NCBI RefSeq assembly: GCF_032191835.1
Contig: NC_083230.1
Location: 96,286,001-96,350,000 of the forward strand
Direction of reading: 5' to 3'
From: Heteronotia binoei
Taxonomy: Eukaryota
Length of the DNA stretch: 64,000 nucleotides
A program made the position numbers and the translations under genes. The notes beneath the pieces are model-generated. The model had not been told where the DNA came from and did no database searches. It worked only from the letters and a program-made list of their open reading frames with translations. Positions within the stretch are counted from its first letter, which is position 1. Every line of letters begins with the position of its first letter. Positions 47,763 to 60,199 of this stretch are shown here, in pieces.

Positions 47763-48054
47763 AAAAGGTAAAGGTAGTCCCCTGTGCAAGTACCAGTCAC
47801 TTCTAACTCTGGGTGATGTTGCATCGTGACTTTTTCATGGAAGGCTTTTTATGGGGTGGTTTGCCATTGCCTTCCCCAGTCATCAACACTTTCTCCCTAG
47901 CAAACTGGGTACTCATTTTACAGACCTCGGAAGGATGGAAGACTGAGTCAACCTGGAGCCGGCTGCCTGAACCCAGCTTCTGCAGGGATTGAACTCAGGT
48001 CGTGAGCAGAGTTTGGACTGCAGTATTGCAGCTTACCACTCTGTGCCATGGGGC
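47763..48054 (-). mobile_element. Sauria SINE
   Basis: (ACCTTT)n tail; perfect 15-bp TSD tttatatctctggta (47748-47762 / 48055-48069). Confidence 0.9.
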
Positions 48055-48794
48055 TTTATATCTCTGGTACCTGGCATCAAATATTATAGCACACGTGGCC
48101 TGGCCTGAGAGTCACATTTCTGTCAGTTCTGCCCCTTGTAACGAATGCATTTGACACTTACGTTTCATTAGGTTCCACTCTGTTCTCTGGCAGGCTACAT
48201 AGGAATTTGTTCTTGTATTGCACACACCTTCTATTATGCAGAAGTGTGTTCCTCAGTAATGTCTTTAATTCTGTCATCAAACCACAGTGAGAAATGTGTT
48301 AAAAGGAAGCTGGGCTGAATTCTTACAAAACTGAAAAGAATGCCTGGTAGCTGTCTATAATGACCCTCCTGAGGAAGGCCCAGAAGGTTTGGGTCAAAAT
48401 TCAGCAAAGCTCCAATTATTACTGAACAGGTGGGAGCTGCTTAATAGTTAAGGTGAACTGAGGTGAAGTGTTCCACTGCCAAATTTCCAGCCCGTTCTGT
48501 ATGTCTGGGTGTAGCTATGAATGTTAAAAAGGTGCTGGCTAGATAAGTGCTGCTTGTGCTGTGACTTATAAGGCACAGGTGCACACACAGATGCCTTTGG
48601 ATGCTTCCAAATGTTAAGCAAGAATAACACCCTGAGCTTGATTTTTTTCCTAAAATAGGGAGCCATGGCTCATGCCTTCTCGGAGGCCAGATTCTCTAAC
48701 TCTGGCATCTGGTTATTCAGTGATCAACAGAATTGTGAGCAATTCCTGCAAGTACCAGAAACCTCCAGTTGTAGGAGAATTTGGGTATGTGAGC

Positions 48795-49272
48795 TTATTT
48801 GGAGTTGTGGTTAAGCACGCAGACACTTATCTGTGAGAACCAGGTTTGATCCCCCACTGCTCCACATGCAACTGCTGGAGTGAGCTTGGGTCAGTCATAA
48901 CTGTCTCAGAGCTGTTCTCTCAAGAGCTGTTCTCAAAAGAGCTCTCTCAACTCCACCTACCTCACAGGCAATACACCCTCTAAGCTGTGGAGTCTCATGA
49001 GCAAAAATTCTACTTGGTGAACTACTGGCATAAAAGTTGTGAGCAACTGCATACATAAATTAGTTTGCTCTGGGGCCGTTTTACTGAACAAAGACAAAAA
49101 TGTGTGCACTGGAGGTTCAAAAACTGTGAGCTATCTCACAGTAACTCAGCTTAGTTGGAACAATGCTCACAGGGTGTCTGTTGTTAGGAGGGGAAGGGGA
49201 AGGAGATTGTAAGCCACTCTGAGACTCCGAGTAGTGAAGGGTGGGGTATAAATCTAATCTCTTCTTCTTCAT
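48795..49272 (+). mobile_element. Squam3-like SINE interrupted by a hAT MITE (48969-49165)
   Basis: SINE core rejoins across perfect TSD ctcacagg. Confidence 0.8.
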
Positions 49273-49439
49273 AAGCCTGATCTTATACTTGCTAGCTCTG
49301 TTCACATGTTACAGTAAATGCATGTACATCTTGCCTAGTATTCATGGCTAAAAAACTGGCCCTCTTGTTGTAAACACTACAAGATAATGCATATTAAGCA
49401 GGTAAAATGCTGAAAGTCCTTTCTAAATTATATGTATTA

Positions 49440-49698
49440 TGAAGAAGAGTAGGTTTTTATAACCAGCTTTTCTCTACCATAAGAAGTCTCAAAGGGGCTC
49501 ACGATTGCATTTACCTTCCTGTCCCCATAGCAGGCACCTTGTGAAATAGGTGGGGCTGAGAGAGCTCTGAGAGAACTGTGTCTGGATCAAGGTCACCCGG
49601 CTGGCTTCCTGTGTAGGAGGAGTGGGGAATCAAACCCAGTTCTCCAGATTAGAGTCTGCCACTCTTAATCGCTCTTAACCACTACACCATGCTGGCTC
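49440..49698 (-). mobile_element. Older Squam3-like SINE
   Basis: Head ttaaccactacaccatgctggctct on plus strand; gaagaagag tail. Confidence 0.75.
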
Positions 49699-50433
49699 TA
49701 TTTATGGTCTTCGTGCAATCTGCCATTCTGAAGGGAGTGAAAATGTCTATGACAACCCCCCCCCCTCCAATTCCTCTTGCTCTAGTACCAAATAGTGAAA
49801 CAGATTGACAGAGGTGGCAGTTGGGGGCAGGGGATCCCTTAGTTTGGAGCCCCTCTCCCTATTTCGGGGTGAGCAGAAAGTGCGTGTGTGTGTGTGTGGG
49901 GGGGGTGATATGAAGAAATTTTAACTGAAGAGGAGGTTGCAATCTTTCTGAAAGACACAGATGTGTGTGTGTTTTTGTCCTTCTTCACAGCCTTGCCCTC
50001 CATTTTTCTTCTCTCCCCTCCCCCTGCTGTTCTTTTCTTGGCTTAAGCTTTGTTCTGCCTCCTGGTGCCTCCAAGGTCTCCATTCTTCTTAAAAGGTCGA
50101 GCTGAGGACTGATGTAAGTGTGAGGCTAGCTGAGGCAAAAGCACCATCCTGCTCACACAGCATCTCCTTCACCCTGGGCTGCTTCCTATGGTTGGGGCAT
50201 CATTTCTTTGCAAAGGCAAAGCAGCCCAGGTTAAAGGAGAGATCAAACAAATGCAAAATCTCAGGGCAGCCAGTATGATGTCTCAGGCAGGCCTGATGCA
50301 CTTGCTTTGACCCCCAAGGCTTCCCTCCTATAGGAGTTTCAGACCCTGGCAGTTTTTTGATACCTTGGAAATGTAACCCCTTCACATTTCAGGATGGTTT
50401 AAGGAAGGTGTCACCAGATACTAGTGAAGGCAG

Positions 50434-50897
50434 TAAGGTTGCCAATCCTCATTTGGGGGCAGGGGAACCCCTAGTTTGGAGCCCTCCCCCACTTCAAGGT
50501 TAGTAGAAAGTGGGGGGGATGTCCACTGGGCACTCCATTATACCCTATGGAGATTGTGGGTATCTGTATCAATGGTGAATATAAATCTGTATGTATCTGT
50601 GGTCTCTGGGGCACTGAGGGGCTATTTTTTGAAGTAAAGGCACCAAATTTTCAGCATAGCCTCTGGTGCCTCCCCTCCAACCCCCCCCATTCAAAAAGAT
50701 TGGACCCCAAAAGAAGGTGCCCCCATCCTCCATTATATCCAATAGAGGAAAGGCATTTAAAAGGAGTGTGGTCCCTTTAAATGTGATGACCAGAACTCCC
50801 TTCAGAGTTCAATTGTGCTTGGCACAACCTTGTTCCTGGCTCCACCCCCAAAGTCTCTTGGCTCCACAGATATTTCCAGTCAGACCTGACAACCGTA
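50434..50897. mobile_element. TAGGGTTGCCAA-family MITE
   Basis: TSD gaaggcag/gcaggcag. Confidence 0.8.
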
Positions 50898-50946
50898 GCA
50901 GGCAGGGATAGCTTATCCCTGCCATAGTGCTGTAAGTCTAGAGGTG

Positions 50947-51510
50947 CCAGTCCACAGTTGGAGGTGGGAGATTCACTGCCTCTTGTTTCCTGTTGATGCT
51001 CAGAGAGGTTAATCACAAATAAAACATCATGTATTGTTATAAATTCACCACACAACACTTCAACACTGTAGTATATTATTTAACTTCAAATCAAAATAGA
51101 ATCAGTGTGCGCTTAATACACTTAAAAGAAAGATTTTTCAGTCACTGCCACACTATCCAACCCATACAAATTTTGACCTCTATGTTCTCACAGTTTTACC
51201 ATGATGCTCAACATCCAACTGGAATGGTCCTTGAGTGCTTCTGTCAGTTCGCAGATATAGTTGAATTCAACAATGTGATGCACCTGTTGTCAGAACTAGG
51301 GTGACAACATGCACCCTAGGTTGATAATTTTGCATGTCTCAAGACAATATATTTTCTTCTGGTCACCTTGCTTGATGCAGAACCACTGCTTAATACATTT
51401 CATATGCTCAAGTCTAGTCCCACCAGCTATCCAGGCAATATGGTTCTCCAGTCCACAGGTGGGGGTGAGGGATTATCCGCCTCTTGTTTCCTGTTGATGC
51501 TCAGAGAGGT
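50947..51510 (+). mobile_element. Decayed Penelope-like GIY-YIG fragment between 63-bp direct repeats
   Basis: Direct repeats 50947-51009 and 51448-51510; interior reads VVYYLT...LKERFFSH...SQFYHDAQH...VLE. Confidence 0.45.
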
Positions 51511-52979
51511 GACAGGAGAAAAGAAAAATGGCTGGTGGACTGTTGGCATGATATCACTTCTGGGCAGGGGGTGGGTGGGAACTAGAAGTAATGTCATACC
51601 TCTCTAGGAATCATACTGTGGTTTTACCTTAGACTTTTCAGAGATTCCTAGAGAGGCATGACATCTGGGAAAGTGACAAAACACCATGTCCTTGCCTCCT
51701 TCCTGACATTTGTCAAGTCAGCCTGGCAGCCCTAGCTGTCACCCTGCAAGTAGCTCAGGTAAATCATTTTCCTACAAAACAACTCAAGGTACAGCAGTCC
51801 TGGCTTCTTTTATGTTTGACCCTGTTGGGGAAGATGTCACCAAATTGTGTTCTTGCTATAGGTCCACTATGTATAGTCAGAGGGACTGCAGGAGATCAAC
51901 TTTGTAAACACAGTTCTAGAGAAGTCTGGAAGTTTCTAGGAAGGGCTTCCAGCCAGTGGCAGAGAAATACTGGCAGTCCAAAAGAATCTGGGGATAATAA
52001 CACACACAACTTGTAAGTAGTACTGACAACAGTATGGTATCCAAGCCCTTCTGTTTCCTAGGCTATGCAACAGTTCCTTCAGTACCGCCACTGGCATTGC
52101 TGTGATTTTTGGAGCACAGAAATTAGCTTCTATCCCCAGTGTCTTCAGGCAGTGCGGAATGGCCTTGGTGTGCAGTCAGAGGATCCTGATAACGGTGCAG
52201 CCCTAAGGCCATTTCCCACAAGTGACTTAAGAAGTCGATGTTTGCATTTCTAATTCCCGCGTCTGCAGTTGAAGTTCAGTTATGCAACCCACAGTGGCGA
52301 GACTAGAAATCTGATTAAAAATGGCTCTTTTCTTTAAAAACAAAACAAAACAAAACACCTTGTTCTCAAGTAATGCACTTCACACTAAAGGGTACTTGTG
52401 AAAATGCTCCATACAGTTTTGCTTACAAGATAGCATCCCTTCTCCTTCTGCCTCTGCACCAGTTCGTCAAGCCGCGTGTTATCTTAGAGTCTAGTAATCC
52501 CACTCACAGAGGCTCTCAGTGATGAGCTGAAACCTTCGGGAAGGATTATAAATTGCCTGCAGAGAGGAGTTGGGAGTGTTTGGACTGGAAGTGACCTACC
52601 TACCGCTGTGAATTCTTTCTCAGGGAGACGCTGCATACCTGTTTGGCAAGTGGTATGGGGCAGAAGGTAGTGTTCACTTCACTCCTGTCTTTTGAGTCCA
52701 TGCTATTAGAAGTCATGTGGGCTATGTCGCCAAGTACAGGGTGTGGAGTTAACAGGGGGCAGGGTGAAGCAGTTAGCATTCCTGCTAAAATAATCTCCAT
52801 CTGAGCCCCAAGAGAGCTGCTGGTCCAGGTAGACAATACTAACTTTGATAGATGAATGGTCTGATTCACTATAAGGCAGTTTGTGGTGGGGGGGGGAGGG
52901 TTTGCCAGCTCTGGGTTGTGAAACATCTGGAGATTTGGGGGTGGATCCTGGGGAGGGGCAGAAGCTCAGTGGAATATAA

Positions 52980-53120
52980 TGCCACACCCCTGATGTAACC
53001 AATCCTCTACAAGCTTACAGGGCTCTTCGTAGAGGGCTCTTTGTAAGCTCTTGGAGGATTGGCTACATCGGGGTATGTGGCCTAATATGCAAAAGAGTTC
53101 CTGCTACAAAAAAAGCCCTG
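52980..53120. mobile_element. CAGGGCTTTTT-family MITE (left end lost) within a TAGGGTTGCC-type fragment
   Basis: gccacacccctgatgtaaccaatcc...cctgctacaaaaaaagccctg. Confidence 0.7.
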
Positions 53121-53817
53121 TCCAGGGGAACTGATCTTGGTCACCTGGAGGTCAGTTTGGATTCTGGGAGACCTCCAGGCAACGCTAATGCACTATTTGC
53201 CCCAATCCACAAATTCTTGTAGGTGATGCTAGGTGAGCCACCAAGCCACAAGAGGGACACAGATCGTGCCCTTGGTGAGAAACTCCAAGTGTTTATCCAC
53301 CACCAAGCAGATGGTTGCCATGGGTTTTGCACTGGTGTGTTCTATAGGGGAGGGGGCATCCTCAGAAAGCAGGTTTCAAAGTTTTGAGAGACTCTGCCTA
53401 AGCTATATGACATGTAGGAACTGGCCGTCTGTGTTTTCTGTTTGTTCCTGCCTCTTCTTACCCAACCCCTCTCTCTCTCCTCATCCAAAATAAACCTCCA
53501 GTAATTTCCTTCTATCTAATTTGTCTCAGGGCAATTTGCATTTCAAATCCATGTTTATTCTTTGCCTTGATTACCTTTTGCCCCAGAGCTGTTGTTGAAG
53601 GGGGGGGGGGAGTTAAAGTTTTTGTATTTAACAGCATCATGGTCTTGCTTCTTTAAGCCACAGATTCTATTAACTCTTCATCTTCTAAACTTCTATGCAC
53701 CTCACACATTTGGTGTTTCACTGGGCCTGGCTTCTTACAGATATGCAGGAAGCATCGTCAGGAAGCTTTTGGCTTCTTTGCAGTTTGAAAGCCTCCGCTA
53801 AGAATGACTTTTTGACA

Positions 53818-53975
53818 AGCCCTGACCCAGATAACCTAGGCAAGCCTGCTCTCGTCAAATCTCAGAAGCTAAGCAGGGCTGACCCTGACAAGTACTTGGA
53901 CAGGAGACCTCCAAGGAATACCAGGAGCAGGAAGGCAGAGGCAGGCTGTATCAAGCCACTTCTCTGAACATCCTC
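53818..53975 (+). mobile_element. 5S-derived SINE
   Basis: ctctcgtcaaatctcagaagctaagcaggg...agtacttggacaggagacctccaaggaatacc aligns to 5S rRNA internal promoter region. Confidence 0.78.
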
Positions 53976-54869
53976 CATGGCTCAGTAGAGGCTGCCAGAA
54001 GTTACCATGACTTCCAGGCGTGCATGCACACAAAATACAGAAAATATCAAAAAGAAAAGTACAAAAAAATGGCATTTGACAATACAAGGCATTGCTCCTG
54101 AAGGACTGTTTATAATCTGCTTTTGTGCTGTTCTTTCCTCTTTCTTCTCTGTGAGAAGCACTGGACTCAATTATATGCAAAGGCTTTGTGTGACTGGGAC
54201 ACATTCCGTGTCCATCTTTACTGAGGCATTCTTTTATGTTTAGTCATTTGTTTACTCTAGTAATAGCTACCCCTGACACTTAACATGGGCTGCCAACCTT
54301 CAGGTAGAACCTGGAGAATCCCTGAAATTTCAACTGATCTCCAGTTGATAGGGATCAGGTAAAAGGTAAAGGTAGTCTCCTGTGAAAGCACCAGGTCATT
54401 ACTGACCCATGGGATTTATGGGGTGGTTTGCCATTGCCTTTCTCAGGTACTCTGGAGAAAATTGCTGCTTTGAAGAGTGGACTCTGTGGCATGATACTTT
54501 GCTGAGGTCACATCCCTCCACAAACTTCACCCTTCCCAGGTTGTACTTTCAAATCTCCAGGAATGTCTCAATCTGAAGTTGGCAAGCCTACACTAAACAG
54601 ACACAGTTTCATCTAGCCAAAATACTGTCTGTTTTGACTCATAGTGGCTCTACATGTCTCTGGCAGGGGCCTTTCCTGTCATTCCTTTTGTCTAAATGTT
54701 TCAGAGACAGTGCAAGCAATATGGTCATGCCCACAGGCTTTAATGTCAATATTATATAGATTGTATGGGAGTATAAAAGCCTTCAGTTCTACGGACCTCT
54801 TCAGGAAGAAAGGAGCTTAGCCTCTTAGCATCCCATCTTCTTGTCTGCTGGCGCTTCAGATGCCAGTGG

Positions 54870-55160
54870 GATGCAATGAGGAGGAAGGAATGCATGCTGG
54901 CATTATGTCAGTATGCTATATCACTTCTAGTGAAAACAGGAAGTGACATGGTGGATGCTCTAGCACTTTGCAAAGACTCTGCTACAAATGCCATAGAGTA
55001 AAACAATAGAGTTTTTTGCAAAACGTTAGTGCATCCACCGTGTCACTTCCAGTTTTCAATGGAAGTGATGTAAGGACACTGGCACTATGCTGGAGTACTA
55101 GATTTCACACACACCCATTTCCTCTGAGGGGGTTGCCAGCTGCAGCCTGGCAAACCTAGA
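54870..55160. mobile_element. Palindromic MITE with ggaagtgac arms and ccatagag core
   Basis: aacaggaagtgacatggtggatgc / gcatccaccgtgtcacttccagtt; related copies at about 51530-51735 and 61960-62222. Confidence 0.55.
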
Positions 55161-55249
55161 AAGGAGAGGCCCATGAAATTCCAAATATTTAATGCTTGGC
55201 TTCATGCTTAGAGCCTTCGGCCTCTACTAATGGGAGTCACTTAAGTAAT

Positions 55250-55480
55250 AGTGGCACAATTACAGAAGGGTAGATTTCAGGTGAACGTTAGGAGAAACCC
55301 CCTTATGGTAAGAGTGGTTGAACAATGGAAACAATTATTGGTGGTGGTGGGGAACTTTACTTTGCTATATGTCTTCAAGCAGAGGCTGGACAGTCATCTT
55401 TCAGGAATGCAGAATCTTTCTTTTCTGCATTGAACAGGAGATTAGACTAGATGGCCAATAAGGTCCTTTCCAGCTCTAGT
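55250..55480 (+). mobile_element. CR1 3' fragment
   Basis: GRFQVNVRRN.LMVRVVEQW...FKQRLDSHLSGM. Confidence 0.75.
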
Positions 55481-56345
55481 AGTCTATGCACTGATGCATC
55501 ACTGGACATAGCACTTTCATTGCACTATGACAATAATTCGCAACTGGATTTTCCTGTGTGGACAAGACACTTCAGTCATGGATAATTGCTATAGCATAAT
55601 ATCCAAGGATGTGTCATGTGTGTATTCTCTATATGACTCTGTGACTGCTTGTGGTGTGATCCCATGCAGCTGTACTACATGCATAAATGATGCACTCATG
55701 TAGATGGGGGCCATTACGCATGTCCCTCTTGTTCAATTATTACTTGGAATGGGTGAAAAAGACCCATGTAGTTGTGTCATTTGAATGTAATATTGCAACC
55801 ACACAGGACTGAATCACTGTAGGAAAGCCCCTCCCACATCACTATGGTTTCTGTGTGAAGGGGTCATAAGTTGGCCCAGTAAATATTATGTGACCTTCTT
55901 TTAACAAGGCCACCACCATCTACTGATTTTTTTGTTTAAAGTCAGACATGGTGACAGAGGGTTAGGGATTGAAGGGAGTATTGGATGGTGATGGTTTTAG
56001 GTGGGGCGGGGGGAGATAGCAATGGAAGAAAGAGTATGGCTTGGAGTGAGACCAGCAGAGCTGAGGAATGACTTTGTGATTCATGAGGAGGAACTTGCTA
56101 GAGGAGAGGTTATCAGGTACCATTCTACTGATGGATATCAGTGTTGAAAATTGAAAATGGAGCCTATGCAGTCAAGGACAGTATATCTTTGATTATCAGA
56201 TGTTGGTGCCAAATAAACAGCAAGGGATAGCTATCTCTACTGTGCCCTGCTTGTGATGTTCAGAGGAATAATGGGCCAGCTGCATGATGACAGAATACTG
56301 TAATTCATGGAAAGTTGGTCAGCCTGATCCCTCACAACATCATTC

Positions 56346-56470
56346 CAGTTTGGTGTAGTGGTTAAGTGCGCGGACTCTTATCTGGGAGAACTCCACTTGC
56401 TGCTGCTGGAATGGCCTTGGGTCAGCCATGGGTCTCGCAGGAGTTGTGACTGCTCTGAGACTCAGAGTAT
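56346..56470 (+). mobile_element. Squam3-like SINE with internal deletions, abutting a gap
   Basis: Head intact; core collapsed, possibly an assembly artefact. Confidence 0.65.
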
Positions 56471-56628
56471 NNNNNNNNNNNNNNNNNNNNNNNNNNNNNN
56501 NNNNNNNNNNNNNNNNNNNNNNNNNNNNNNNNNNNNNNNNNNNNNNNNNNNNNNNNNNNNNNNNNNNNNNNNNNNNNNNNNNNNNNNNNNNNNNNNNNNN
56601 NNNNNNNNNNNNNNNNNNNNNNNNNNNN
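56471..56628. other. Assembly gap (N run)
   Basis: 158 N. Confidence 1.
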
Positions 56629-57627
56629 AACAGGCTTTCCTTACTATAATTTCTACTTTTCTGATCTTCCTCTCCTTATTTTTTAAAAACAAAATCTAAG
56701 TATTTTCTAAAGGCATGCTTGTTGATTGAAATTCATCTCCTTTTTGAATACAGTCAGAATCCAGACAAAGGATTTCTCTCTGTGTTAAGTGTCATCAAGA
56801 ACCTACAGAGTTATGGTGACCCTATGAATTAATGTCCTCTAAAACTCCCTATTGTTAACAGCCTTAGAAGGATTTCAAAATCATCACAAATGTCTCCAGC
56901 TACCTATCAGAGAATAACGACTGTTGCATCACAGGGCCTCTGCAACTCCTCCATTCTCAGTGATGCATTATTTTCTAATTCTGACCATAGCTTACTAAGC
57001 GGAATGCACATTTGTGTGTTTCCTTCTGGCCTAGCTTGCTCAATAGATTTCTAAAATGTGTTTGCTTTCTTCTGCCTGGTCGAATGTTCTGTGTAGCGCA
57101 AAAGCTCGCATACCATCAGTCATTTCGCCTTCTCTGCATTTTAAACAGATGAACATTTGTAAGTGAACACAGCTTAACACTGAGGCTCAGAGGACCTAAG
57201 TACACATTACACAGTCCTCAGGTTATATCTGGACTGTGTGCCATCCTCCTTGAAGGAAACTGAAGGCTCCAGAGAGTCAGGGCAAGTGAGGACACTGTTA
57301 ATGAACAAGTGAATAACACTGCAAAGATGTTGATAAATTGCTGGAAATGTCCATGAGTAACTATGAGTAACCAGCTCGACTTTAATTTTTGGCCTCATTT
57401 CACATTAAAATATGTAAGTCGCTCTCCTAAGAAACCTTCCTAAGCAACAATAATTGCAAATCCTCTTAATCGCTGCATGCCCTCCCATTTGTGCTGAGAT
57501 GCACTCCTCAAAGCTTAAACTTCTTACACCCTCAAAGCTAAAACTTCTCACACTCTTTAATATTCAGTTCCTTTTCTGAAGGAACCCTTGTTGCAGAACT
57601 TCCAGGGTTCTTCAGAAAAGGAACAGA

Positions 57628-58067
57628 GTATTCCCAGTAGTAATATATGGCTGTGAGAGTTGGACCATAAGGAAGGCCGAGCGCAGAAGAATAGATGCTT
57701 TCGAGCTGTGGTGCTGGAGACGAATCTTGAGAGTCCCTTGGACTGCAAGAAGATCAAATCAGTCAGTTCTAAGGGAAATCAACCCTGACTGTTCTCTGGA
57801 AGGTCAGATGCTGAAGCTGAAGCTCAAATACTTTGGCCACCAAATGAGAAGGGAGCACTCACTGGAGAAGACCCTGATGCTGGGAAAGACAGATGGCAAA
57901 AGAAGAAGGGGACAGCAAAAGATAAGATGGCTGGACAGCTTTACTGATGTAACTAACACAAATTTGAGCAGACTTCAGAGGATGGTAGAAGACAGGAGGG
58001 CCTGGCGTGACTTGGTCCATGGGGTTGCAAAAAGTCGGACTCAACTGTGCGACTGAACAACAACAAC
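57628..58067 (+). mobile_element. Bov-B (RTE) LINE 3' fragment
   Basis: Open frame FPVVIYGCESWTIRKAERRRIDAFELWCWRR...LKLKYFGH...LEKTLMLGK...RWLD...AWRDLVHGVAKSRT; (CAA)n tail. Confidence 0.93.
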
Positions 58068-58119
58068 TTTAAACCAGTCTAAATGTAGAAGAAGAAGCTC
58101 AATTCAGGAGGATTTGGCC

Positions 58120-58320
58120 TTAGGGAGGGGCCATGGCTCAGATGCAAAGCATCTGTTTTGCATGAAGAATGCCCCAGGTTCAATCCCTGGCATCTCCGGT
58201 TGAAAAGTGATGTGAAAGACCCCTACCTGAGGTCCTGGAGAGATGCTGCTTGTCTGAGTAGACAATACTGACCTTGATAGACCAATGGTCTGATTCAGTA
58301 TACGGCAGGTTCATGTGTTC
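58120..58320 (+). mobile_element. tRNA SINE with CR1-type tail (Squam2-like)
   Basis: ggggccatggctcagatgcaaagcatc...ggttcaatccctggcatctcc head; ctgattcagtatacggcaggttcatgtgttca tail. Confidence 0.75.
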
Positions 58321-58841
58321 AATGGTGTTAAGTGTTACAAAGCTCTGCCTCCCACCCCCCCTCAGATGAAAGTGAGTGGGTGCCATTTGGGTCAATATGT
58401 TTTTATATGCAAGACTGGAAATGGAGCTAGTGTAACACTTTGCCTGGATAATTTAGGCTGATCTCCCACTTGGGCTGAAGAAGAGAACAGATTCTTTCTC
58501 TTGCACCACGTTCAGAACTTCACATATTCAGCTCCTTCTCATCCTCCTCTTCTACCCCCTGCTTAGCACTCATGGGCTGCGTTCATTTCCATGTCAGATC
58601 ACACCATCTTGCCAAAAATCCCATCTGCTAATCATTAGTGGCATTCTACTCCAGAAGATCCTCAGGGGACCTGCAGCTGATTAATAGCATATTACTCCTC
58701 AAGCTCAGTGATGAAAGAGGGGGGAAGAATCTGTGCCAGTCTAAGGTGTAAAGAGTGAGGTCAGGAAAACTCTTCCCAAAGGAGCCTCACCATCTCCAAA
58801 AGATCAGATGGGCAAATGAAACCTCTTCTAGGTGCTGTCAG

Positions 58842-59000
58842 TAGGGTTTTCAAGACAAGCGATGTTCAGAGGTGGTTTGCCATGCCTGCATAGCACCCCT
58901 GGACTTCCTTGGAGGTCTCTCATCCAAATACTGACCAGGACTGACCCCGCTTAGCTTTTGAGAACTGGCAAGATCTGGCTAGCCTTATCCAAGTCAGGGC
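58842..59000 (-). mobile_element. 5S-derived SINE
   Basis: ggaggtctctcatccaaatactgaccaggactgaccccgcttagc. Confidence 0.7.
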
Positions 59001-59910
59001 ATCCATCACATTGGCCAAACTAATTTTTTAATATATATAAATCATAAGATCAGACTGCTCCAAAAGAGCTTACCAGGCAAAATCACAGGACTTTCTAATG
59101 GCAGAATGGAACTTTCCTGTCTTTCCCCTCCTGCCTGCAGCTCAGGTCCATTCTGCATAGACAGCTTACTTCTGATCTTCACTGAAGTCAAGTCGGTTGG
59201 GTTTACTTTGAATGCTGTGCCTACATTCTACATCTTTTTCTCTCTCTCTGATTTCTATTTAGATGTGTGGTGTATATATTCTCCATACCAATGAGAAAAG
59301 CCGGGTAGTGTTCTGAGATTGGTTTCTCCTGATTGGTTAGTTTCACATTGGGTGTGCCTTTTGAAATAGGAGACTCTTCCAGCTGAATTTACTGTGGGGC
59401 TGCTGTTAGTGCCCCACCCTTTATCAGTAGTCAAGGAGTTTGCTGGAGAAAAAAAATACTGCCAGGTACTGCTTTAAAAATTTAGTGAGAGGCAATGCTG
59501 ACCACTTGGTTACAGAGGAGGCAGAGACATCAGTGCCCCATTGTTATTTAGAAATAAGTTGACAAAAGGAGATGTTGAGATGGACCAGATTTTTTTTTAA
59601 AAGGCTGCTGCTGCCACAAACTAGGTTCCACAGCGTTATTCTCATGACTGAAATGTTTGTGTTCAGAGTCAATTTAAAAGGAAATTTCCCCCCCAAAATA
59701 CAAAATAGCCCAGCATCTTAACCAACCAAACTAACTTGATAGACAAAGACAATTACTTTCCTAATCTTCTATTTTGAAAGGCATGCATAGTGTGAAACTG
59801 GCCAATAAGAACAGACTAGTTAGCCTGCCAGGGGAGGGGAGGGGGAAAGTCTGAGGAAAAGTTTTTACTTTTAAAGGCTTGAAAGGAAATTAAGAGGAGG
59901 AAGGGGAAAT

Positions 59911-60008
59911 TTGTTGTTCAGTCGCACAGTTGAGTCCAACTCTTTGCAACCACTTGGGACAAAGTCACGCCAGGCCCTCCTGTCTTCCACCATCTTCCAC
60001 CACCCTCC
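59911..60008 (-). mobile_element. Bov-B extreme 3' fragment
   Basis: Matches the last about 95 nt of the 57628 copy; approximate TSD aggggaaa. Confidence 0.8.
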
Positions 60009-60199
60009 AAAGGAGGGGAAAATACTCCTCTGAAAAACCACTTGGAAGCTATGGAGATACAGTGGAATGGCAGCAGAATGCTGGGAAAAGGATGTGGAAG
60101 GAATTTCAAAATCTAGTGGAAGAGGGAGGTGAGTGAGCATGTGAATACGGAAGCAGGTTTTTAAAGTGATGGAGGTGGGAGGTGAGAGCCACAGTAAAC

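Noticed and set aside
51303-51338. T-box-like peptide DMQNYQPRVHVV on the minus strand
   Set aside because: Flanked by stops with no other T-box motifs; the plus strand fits a GIY-YIG remnant better
52013-52061. GTAAGT...CCTAG as an intron linking two open frames
   Set aside because: 49 nt is below the usual amniote intron minimum and the joined peptide is unrecognisable
53840-53935. 5S rRNA gene
   Set aside because: Diverged, lacks the 5S termini and T-run terminator, and continues into a retroposon tail
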